Assembly (NCBI GenBank): GCA_017432825.1
Contig: JAFRIJ010000002.1
Location: 34,170 to 98,169 of the forward strand
Direction: 5' to 3'
DNA length: 64,000 nt
Origin: Bacilli bacterium
GTDB lineage: Bacteria; Bacillota_I; Bacilli_A; RF39; UBA660
A program made the position numbers and the translations under genes. Below the pieces are notes generated by a model. It had not been told where the DNA came from. It was given only the letters and a program-made list of their open reading frames with translations, and searched no databases. Below, in pieces: positions 57,685 to 64,000 of the stretch; position 1 is the stretch's first letter; each line of letters starts with the position of its first letter.

Positions 57685-57708
57685 TAAAAAAAGCCAATTT
57701 ACATTGGC
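57685..57708 (-). terminator. rho-independent terminator of the coupling-protein gene
   Basis: Stem GCCAAT/ATTGGC (57693-57698 / 57703-57708) with a 4-nt loop, followed on the minus strand by eight T. Confidence 0.6.
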
Positions 57709-57713
57709 ATTTT

Positions 57714-59789
57714 TTATTCATCGTCACTGAAAAAATCATCAAAGAAATTTTCGCTACTAGTTCCATCCTCATACATAGAACTATCTTCTTTAGTAACTTC
57801 ATTAGAAGAAACATCAATAACATCTTTACTTTCTTGGGCCTCTTTTTCTCTTCTCTCTTCTTCTTCTAATTCAGCTATCTTAGCATCTATCTTTTTAACA
57901 AGATCATCTACATTAAACGATTCATTATCAACACTAGATGAAGGACTATTACCAAGTAAAGAATTCAATCCTCCATTAGTAGGAATACCTCCGAAAGGAT
58001 TTCCGCCAAAAGGATTAGCAAAAGGATTATCCATTCCCATAGATGGATCTATATCAGAAGAACTCATCATTTCTTCCATCTTTTGTTTTTTTCTTTCCTT
58101 TACAAATTCTCTTATATCAAATAATTGTACTTCCTTCTTTTCACGTTCAGGAAATACACCCTTACCATAAGATTCTCCCCACATACCTTCAATATTCATT
58201 TTCCAGTTAGGTATTAATTTAGTTTTATATGGCATCATTCTAAGACGCAAAGATATAGCTTCATTCTGAACCATTCTTTGTAAATCACTAACTGTAACCA
58301 AAGGAGTTGAAGAAGTTTTTTCCTTTTCCTTAGATTTAACTTCACCACACAACTTAGATAATTCTTCAAGTGCTTGTAATTCAGCACTTATCAAATATAA
58401 AATATTACAGTTACCTTTAATAGTTTCTGCATTTTCTTTACCATAAACTTGTGTTAACTGTGCAAAGTTTTGAATAATAAATGTAAACCTAATATGTCTA
58501 CTACGTGCAGCCGTAACCATTGTTGTAACGTCCTTTAAAGGAGGCATATTAGCAAACTCATCAAGAATAAAATTAGTTCTATATGGTAAATGACCACCAG
58601 ATTCTTGAGCAACATCAATTAAAGTTTCGTAACATTGTTTAATAAATATAGTAGCAAGAGGATGTAAAGTCTTTTTTTCATCTTGAACAACCATAAATAC
58701 AGCTGTCTTCTTTCTACCAATCTCTTTCATATCAAAATCACTATATGATAACATTTCAGATAAATTATCACGCGAAGAAAATAATTTTACCTTTTGTTTA
58801 AAAGTTGATAATACACCACCCTTAGTCTCTTCAGGGGCAAACACAGTACCAGAAGCATTAATATAAGCAGGCCTAGAAGGATCTTTATCTTTAAAGTATT
58901 CCTTAATATAATTATTATTAGGACCTCCATATCTTTCTTCACCTAAATTAGACATAAGATTCATACTATTTAAATTAACTTGTTCTTCAGAAGCATCTTC
59001 AAATAATCCCAAAGCCAATCCTGTAAAATAATCAGCTGCTGTTTTTTCCCAGAAAGGATCCCCAGTATTCTTTTCATCATATAAAATATTTAAAGCCAAA
59101 TCATCTAATAATTCAACAGATTTATCCGTATTACCTTCTTGATATAATTTATAAGGAAGTCCCATAGGATTCCAAGCATTCCCCTTTTGTGGATCACGAA
59201 AATTAAGAACAATAACATTATAACCATATGCTCTTAACATCTCACTAGTTTCTTCATATAATTCTCCCTTTGGATCAGTAAGAATCATTGATTCTCCAGC
59301 TTTTGCTAAAACCTTTATCATAGGAAAAACAACAATCTGTGTTTTACCACTACCAGTAGCACCCATAACCAAATTATGCGCTTCTCCATCATCAACCCAT
59401 ATCTTTTTACCATTATTAATAACAACAATTCCACCATGCTCGAATTTCTTTTCTCTAGGATTAACAACTGATAATGTTTTTTTCATTTCCTTATCTGTAC
59501 ACCATCTAGAATATCCCTTATCTTTCTTTTTATCTATACCGAATCCTTTATCTCTATCAAAGAAATAAGATTTAACAGAAACAAAAGCCGTAACCAATAC
59601 AGCAAAAAATAAAAATAAAGTATATAGTATATTTCCTGGTAAAAATCCCTTAAATGGAAGAATACCAGCAAATACGCCTTCAGTAGCTAAAGATCTAACA
59701 TTAGCAACTGCAACAGCACATAAATATAATAAAAATATACAAAAACCAATAAAAATTTTAATATCTTTTTCATCAGCTCTAAATTTCAT
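57714..59789 (-). CDS. VirD4/TraG-type type IV secretion coupling protein (T4CP)
   Basis: Start at ATG 59789 (MKFRADEKD) behind GGAGGA. Two N-terminal TM spans, Walker A VMGATGSGKTQ, Walker B NFILDEFANMPPL and ARSRHIRFTFIIQNFAQL. C-terminal disordered tail. Confidence 0.85.
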   Translation of the reverse strand: MKFRADEKDIKIFIGFCIFLLYLCAVAVANVRSLATEGVFAGILPFKGFLPGNILYTLFLFFAVLVTAFVSVKSYFFDRDKGFGIDKKKDKGYSRWCTDKEMKKTLSVVNPREKKFEHGGIVVINNGKKIWVDDGEAHNLVMGATGSGKTQIVVFPMIKVLAKAGESMILTDPKGELYEETSEMLRAYGYNVIVLNFRDPQKGNAWNPMGLPYKLYQEGNTDKSVELLDDLALNILYDEKNTGDPFWEKTAADYFTGLALGLFEDASEEQVNLNSMNLMSNLGEERYGGPNNNYIKEYFKDKDPSRPAYINASGTVFAPEETKGGVLSTFKQKVKLFSSRDNLSEMLSYSDFDMKEIGRKKTAVFMVVQDEKKTLHPLATIFIKQCYETLIDVAQESGGHLPYRTNFILDEFANMPPLKDVTTMVTAARSRHIRFTFIIQNFAQLTQVYGKENAETIKGNCNILYLISAELQALEELSKLCGEVKSKEKEKTSSTPLVTVSDLQRMVQNEAISLRLRMMPYKTKLIPNWKMNIEGMWGESYGKGVFPEREKKEVQLFDIREFVKERKKQKMEEMMSSSDIDPSMGMDNPFANPFGGNPFGGIPTNGGLNSLLGNSPSSSVDNESFNVDDLVKKIDAKIAELEEEERREKEAQESKDVIDVSSNEVTKEDSSMYEDGTSSENFFDDFFSDDE

Positions 59790-59987
59790 GCTTATTCCTC
59801 CTAAAAAACATAATAATCTCAAGAAAAATTATATCACATTACATGAAAACTATCAATTAATTTTTATATAATTTGTTAATTATAAGTTATAAAAAGCTTA
59901 TTTTTTTCCCTTATTTATAAATAAATGTTGTTTTTTATTAATAATTTTGCTATTATATGTATGTGCTTTAGAAGGGAGAGGATACTA

Positions 59988-61421
59988 ATGAGTAAAGAAA
60001 CTAATACAAAGAAAACTTCAACTAAAAAAAATGAAAAAGAAGTAAAAAATAAAAATACTAAATCTAAAGACACAAAAAAAGATACAAAAAAGAAAGAAGT
60101 AAAAAAAGAAGAAAAAGTAGTAACAGAAAAAAAGGTTGAAATCGTAGATGAATACGATGAAGACTTAGATGATTACTTTGCAAAAGACGAAGAAATAGTA
60201 GTAGAAGTTAAAAACAAAAAAGAAGATAATAAAAACAAGGAAGACAGCAAAAAGATAAAAGAAGAAGCAAAAAAAATAAAAAAAGAAGCTAAAGCTAAAA
60301 AGAAAGAAGAAAAAGAATTAAAAAAACAAGCAAAATTAGCTAAAAAAGAAGAAAAATTAAAATTAAAAGAAAACGTACAAAAAAAATCTAAAGTAAAAAA
60401 TAAGAAAAACAGCAAATTAATAAAATATGGTGAATTTTTAGAAAAGAACAGATTTATTATAGCAAGCTTCATCATAGGAGTAATAGTAACTGCTTTAATA
60501 GCAATGCTACTATGGCCAGAAAGAATTGCAACTTTAAAAAATGGTGAAGAACCAATAGTTAAAGTAGGAAAAAATACTTATACTGCTGACTCCTTATACA
60601 CAAGAATGAAAAATCATTACAACGTATCTCAATTATTAGATCAAATAGATAGCGATTTATTAACAAAATTATATCCAGAAGATAAAGAAATGACTGATGA
60701 AGTAAAACAAAATGCAGAATACTATATTAATATGTATAAACAGTATTATAACTATACAGAAGAACAATTCCTATCATCTAATGGTTTTGCAAGTTATAAC
60801 GATTTCTTAGAATATTTAAAATTAGAAAATCGTCGCAAAAAATATTTAGATAAATATGTTAAAGATAATTTAACAGATAAAGAAATTGAAAATTATTATA
60901 ATAAAAATGTATATGGTGATATCAACTGCCAACATATTTTAGTAGAAACAACTTCTGATACATCTTCTGATTCATCAAACAAGAAATTAAGTGATGAAGA
61001 AGGAAAAAAATTAGCAGAAGAAATAATAACAAAAATTAATGATGGAACTTCATGGGATGACATCAAAAAAGAATATAAAGACAAAACAACATTTGAAGAT
61101 TTAGGATATCAATCATGGGATTCAGATTTAGAAACACCATTTAAAACAGCATTAAAAGAAATGGATGATAAAAGTTTTTCTAAAGAACCAGTTAAAACTT
61201 CTTATGGTTATCATGTAATATATCGTATAGACCAAAAGAAAGTTGAATCATTAAAGAAAACAAAAGATAAAATCGTAACAAAATTAGTTGAAGAAAAGAA
61301 AGCAGCTGATTCAAATTTACAACAAAAAGCTTTAATTAGTTTAAGACAAGAAAAAGACATTAAATTCTATGATACAGATATGGGAACTAAATACGAAGCA
61401 TTTAAAAAACAATATAAATAA
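59988..61421 (+). CDS. PrsA/PpiD-like parvulin peptidyl-prolyl isomerase with a Lys/Glu-rich N-terminal extension
   Basis: Start at ATG 59988 behind GGGAGAGG. A K/E-rich region of about 150 aa, a TM (FIIASFIIGVIVTALIAMLLW) and a parvulin core (INCQHILV ... SYGYHVIYRI). Confidence 0.8.
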   Translation: MSKETNTKKTSTKKNEKEVKNKNTKSKDTKKDTKKKEVKKEEKVVTEKKVEIVDEYDEDLDDYFAKDEEIVVEVKNKKEDNKNKEDSKKIKEEAKKIKKEAKAKKKEEKELKKQAKLAKKEEKLKLKENVQKKSKVKNKKNSKLIKYGEFLEKNRFIIASFIIGVIVTALIAMLLWPERIATLKNGEEPIVKVGKNTYTADSLYTRMKNHYNVSQLLDQIDSDLLTKLYPEDKEMTDEVKQNAEYYINMYKQYYNYTEEQFLSSNGFASYNDFLEYLKLENRRKKYLDKYVKDNLTDKEIENYYNKNVYGDINCQHILVETTSDTSSDSSNKKLSDEEGKKLAEEIITKINDGTSWDDIKKEYKDKTTFEDLGYQSWDSDLETPFKTALKEMDDKSFSKEPVKTSYGYHVIYRIDQKKVESLKKTKDKIVTKLVEEKKAADSNLQQKALISLRQEKDIKFYDTDMGTKYEAFKKQYK

Positions 61422-61449
61422 AAAAGAACTTCATAATTGAAGTTCTTTT
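61421..61449. terminator. bidirectional hairpin between convergent genes
   Basis: 11-bp stem AAAGAACTTCA/TGAAGTTCTTT (61423-61433 / 61438-61448) with loop TAAT. It overlaps the stop of the 175-aa minus-strand gene. Confidence 0.65.
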
Positions 61450-61975
61450 ATTTTAAATTAATAATTAATATTATTGATAAAACAATAACTATAATACCGA
61501 CTATAATCAAATATATAGAAGGTCTATTATTTTTACTAAAGTAACTAACACTCTTTTCCTTTACAACAACAGTACTCTTACTAGTATTAACTTTAAAATT
61601 ATAAAAATTAATACACTCTTCTATCAAATCTTTATTAAAAGTAGTTACATAACAATTAGTTACACTAAATCTATTAATATCGTCAAATACTATATCATCA
61701 CTAAAGCTAACTCCACTTTCTTTTAATTTATCTAAAGAATCTTTATTTAATATAGAATTAACTACATCATCCATAGCTTCCTTCTCTCCAGGAGAAAAAT
61801 TATTATCCATAACATAACCATAACTATTTTTAACTATTTTAGATATAAATAAATTATCAGTATCATTATCTCTTTTTATTGAATATAAAACATATAAGTT
61901 ATTTCCATAATTAATACCAGTAATTATAGTAGCCATAAACTTAATATTTCCATCAATATCTATTAATTCAATCAT
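61448..61975 (-). CDS. DUF1292-like N-domain protein with a C-terminal TM anchor
   Basis: 175 aa. IELIDIDGNIKFMATIITGINYGNNLYVLYSI resembles DUF1292. C-terminal TM IYLIIVGIIVIVLSIILII. Confidence 0.45.
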   Translation of the reverse strand: MIELIDIDGNIKFMATIITGINYGNNLYVLYSIKRDNDTDNLFISKIVKNSYGYVMDNNFSPGEKEAMDDVVNSILNKDSLDKLKESGVSFSDDIVFDDINRFSVTNCYVTTFNKDLIEECINFYNFKVNTSKSTVVVKEKSVSYFSKNNRPSIYLIIVGIIVIVLSIILIINLK

Positions 61976-61983
61976 ATATCCTC

Positions 61984-62925
61984 CTATTTTACTGCTATAA
62001 CATAAGGACTATCATAAGAACCATCCCCACTAACAACATATACACTATCTTTAAGTCTTATAACAACTCTTAATCCATAATCCTTAACATAAGTATCTGA
62101 TTTTATTACTCTTCCAACTGGATCCCACGAAAAAATCTTATTACCAGCACTATCATAATTAGAAGAAAACCAATAATATCCACCATTATCAATTAAATCA
62201 TTATTATATCCACAAAACTTATTAGAACTATTATTTAAACAATCATAAATATTCATATCTAAATATTTATCATAATCAAAATCACTAATAGACCTAACAC
62301 TATTATTATTACATTCTCCATTATAAGCAAACTCTTTATTGCAATAATTTAATGCCCTAGCATTAAGTTCATTTAAATAAAGCAAAGAATTAGTAGAACT
62401 ATCACTTCTTTTAACACATTCCAATGCCCCAGCACTTACTAAATAAACCGAATCATTATCAACATAAAATATTCTATAACCATTAGTTATATATTTATTA
62501 TCAGCACTAAAACAATATCCCATATCATCATCATTCTTATAATTAGCATTATAACCATAACAAGAATTACCCATACATCCATTATTTCCAATATATTTAA
62601 CATAACTGCCACTACTCATTAATGACAACCTAGGCTTAGATTCAAAAGTTAAATTACAAGCAATACCACCAACACTACTACCATTAGTAATATTAAGTTC
62701 ATAACTAGAATTATCCCACTCAATTTTAGTACCACTATTACCACATTTATATCTAGTTAAATAATAAGTACCTTCACTAGGTAATTTATTACTACTTACA
62801 CCATCAATACTTACCATCAAATTAGTACCATTATAATTAATAACTTTATCAGAATAATTATTATCTCTATAGAATAAAGAAAATAATAAAACAAAAAGAA
62901 TTAAACTACTAATCCAATATTTCAT
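61984..62925 (-). CDS. secreted Cys-rich protein, paralog A (C-terminal YYW...GLR.VIRL module)
   Basis: 313 aa. Signal anchor and conserved blocks YVKY.GNNGC.G.SC, NKYITNGYR, VYLVSAG.LECV, CGYNNDLIDNGGYYW, GLRVVIRL and YDSPYVI, shared with the next gene. Confidence 0.6.
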   Translation of the reverse strand: MKYWISSLILFVLLFSLFYRDNNYSDKVINYNGTNLMVSIDGVSSNKLPSEGTYYLTRYKCGNSGTKIEWDNSSYELNITNGSSVGGIACNLTFESKPRLSLMSSGSYVKYIGNNGCMGNSCYGYNANYKNDDDMGYCFSADNKYITNGYRIFYVDNDSVYLVSAGALECVKRSDSSTNSLLYLNELNARALNYCNKEFAYNGECNNNSVRSISDFDYDKYLDMNIYDCLNNSSNKFCGYNNDLIDNGGYYWFSSNYDSAGNKIFSWDPVGRVIKSDTYVKDYGLRVVIRLKDSVYVVSGDGSYDSPYVIAVK

Positions 62926-62943
62926 GAAAGTACCTCCTATTCT

Positions 62944-64000
62944 CTATTTAACATCTATAACATAAGGATCATTATAAGTACCATTACCACTAACTGCCAT
63001 AACATTACTACTAAGTCTAATAACAGGTCTTAATCCTTTGTATCCATTATTATCACTATCAATAGTTCTATTAACAGGATTCCATCCAAATAAAGAGCCA
63101 TTAGACATATACCAATAATACCCACCATTATCAATTAAATCATTATTATATCCACAATACCTATTACTCTTAATACCATTACAATAACTTAAATCATTTT
63201 TAACTATTTTATTAAAATCATACTCATTAATAGACCTAACACTATTAACATCACAAGTATTATTATATACATAATCACTATTACAATATTTTAAAGCCAA
63301 ATTATTCAAATTATTTCCATCAACACATTCTAAACTACCTGCACTAACTAAATAAACACTACCATCTTCTACATACATAACCCTATAACCATTAGTTATA
63401 TATTTATTATTAAAATTAGCACAATATCCCATATTAGTATTGTCTACATAATTTATATTATTTCCCTCACAAGAAGATCCAACACATCCATTATTACCAG
63501 TATATTTTACATAATCACCAGTTTTAACAACACTATAAAGTCTATCATATAAATCACTGGTTTTAAATACTAAACTACACCTATCATTAATAAAACTACC
63601 ACCAGACATCTTTATAGTTTTAGTTAAAGAATCCCATCTAACAATACTACCATTATCACAAGTAGCTTCCATATTATACCTACCAGTATTAGGTATTTGA
63701 TTACTCTCTTTACCATCTACAATAATTTCTTTAACCAAAAAATCAATATCTTGATTATCCAAAGTAACATTAACCCTAGAAACAACATTAACATTAATAA
63801 TAGCCTTAAAAGTCTTATTCATCAAATTATTTTGATTACTACCATCATCTAATAAATATAACCTTAATTCAAAATTATTAACTCCCAAATTATTTAAAAT
63901 AACACCATCTACTAAAGTTAACCTATTAGAAGAAAAATTATTAAAATCTCCCTCTCCTACTATATTTCCATTATATAATAATTGATACTTAAAATTACCA
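62944..64000 (-). CDS. secreted Cys-rich protein, paralog B (5' end beyond the right edge)
   Basis: It has the same blocks as paralog A. The tracked start at 63888 is a TTG. The frame stays open to position 64000, so the gene probably starts outside the window. Confidence 0.6.
   Translation of the reverse strand, partial: GNFKYQLLYNGNIVGEGDFNNFSSNRLTLVDGVILNNLGVNNFELRLYLLDDGSNQNNLMNKTFKAIINVNVVSRVNVTLDNQDIDFLVKEIIVDGKESNQIPNTGRYNMEATCDNGSIVRWDSLTKTIKMSGGSFINDRCSLVFKTSDLYDRLYSVVKTGDYVKYTGNNGCVGSSCEGNNINYVDNTNMGYCANFNNKYITNGYRVMYVEDGSVYLVSAGSLECVDGNNLNNLALKYCNSDYVYNNTCDVNSVRSINEYDFNKIVKNDLSYCNGIKSNRYCGYNNDLIDNGGYYWYMSNGSLFGWNPVNRTIDSDNNGYKGLRPVIRLSSNVMAVSGNGTYNDPYVIDVK

Noticed and set aside
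54000-62000. A hidden conjugative element around the VirD4-like gene.
   Set aside because: I looked for VirB4-like ATPase, relaxase, VirB6/VirB8-like, cell-wall hydrolase and integrase genes within 10 kb or more on both sides and found none. The gene is reported as an orphan.
1-64000. Mollicutes-type genetic code (TGA = Trp), considered because of the extreme AT content.
   Set aside because: All conserved genes are full length under the standard code with normal Trp usage. TGA is used as a stop, for example in the adhesin gene at 20360-20362.
1-64000. CRISPR arrays, rRNA genes, group II introns, and retron or DGR reverse transcriptases.
   Set aside because: I saw no regularly spaced repeat arrays, no rRNA-like conserved blocks and no RT motifs (YxDD) in any ORF. 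The only tandem repeat found is the in-frame 15-bp repeat in the adhesin gene.

Overview
Very AT-rich chromosomal segment from a low-GC Gram-positive bacterium (Bacilli/Erysipelotrichia-like). It uses the standard genetic code: TGA is a stop, for example at the end of the 896-aa adhesin gene. Nearly all genes are on the minus strand. The housekeeping backbone is sufC-sufD-sufS-sufU, gap, murE, ftsY-ylxM, recA (with a Cheo/LexA-type box), uppS, rlmH, dnaB-rplI, infB-ylxR-nusA-rimP, pgsA, a type-B RNase P RNA (rnpB), gpsB, mutM-polA, lysS, dus and tRNA-Arg(ACG). Six accessory regions stand out. (1) A 2,547-bp two-gene element encoding a short large-serine-recombinase-type enzyme splits a NitT/TauT-type ABC substrate-binding protein gene in frame, and its att-like repeats are recognisable. 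(2) A roughly 12-kb Tad/Flp-like pilus locus (TadZ-, TadE-, Flp-, TadC-, TadB-, TadA/CpaF- and CpaB-like genes) has no prepilin peptidase in the window. It includes an untracked 59-aa pilin ORF, three unknown envelope proteins (one a 792-aa Cys-rich secreted protein), a membrane thioredoxin, a GT-C-like membrane protein and a small two-TM protein. (3) A 1.6-kb islet carrying a surface-protein gene is bracketed by tRNA-Arg and a duplicated tRNA 3' half, with no integrase. (4) An orphan VirD4/TraG-type coupling protein has no other conjugation genes nearby. (5) Tandem paralogous Cys-rich secreted proteins lie at the right edge. (6) There are several unusual domain architectures: LysRS fused to a Trbp111-like domain, a stand-alone Clp-D1-like AAA+ protein, a membrane MutS-like protein and an LRAT-like membrane protein. 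I saw no CRISPR array, rRNA gene or clear prophage. All functional calls rest on motif recognition by eye. No database search was run.
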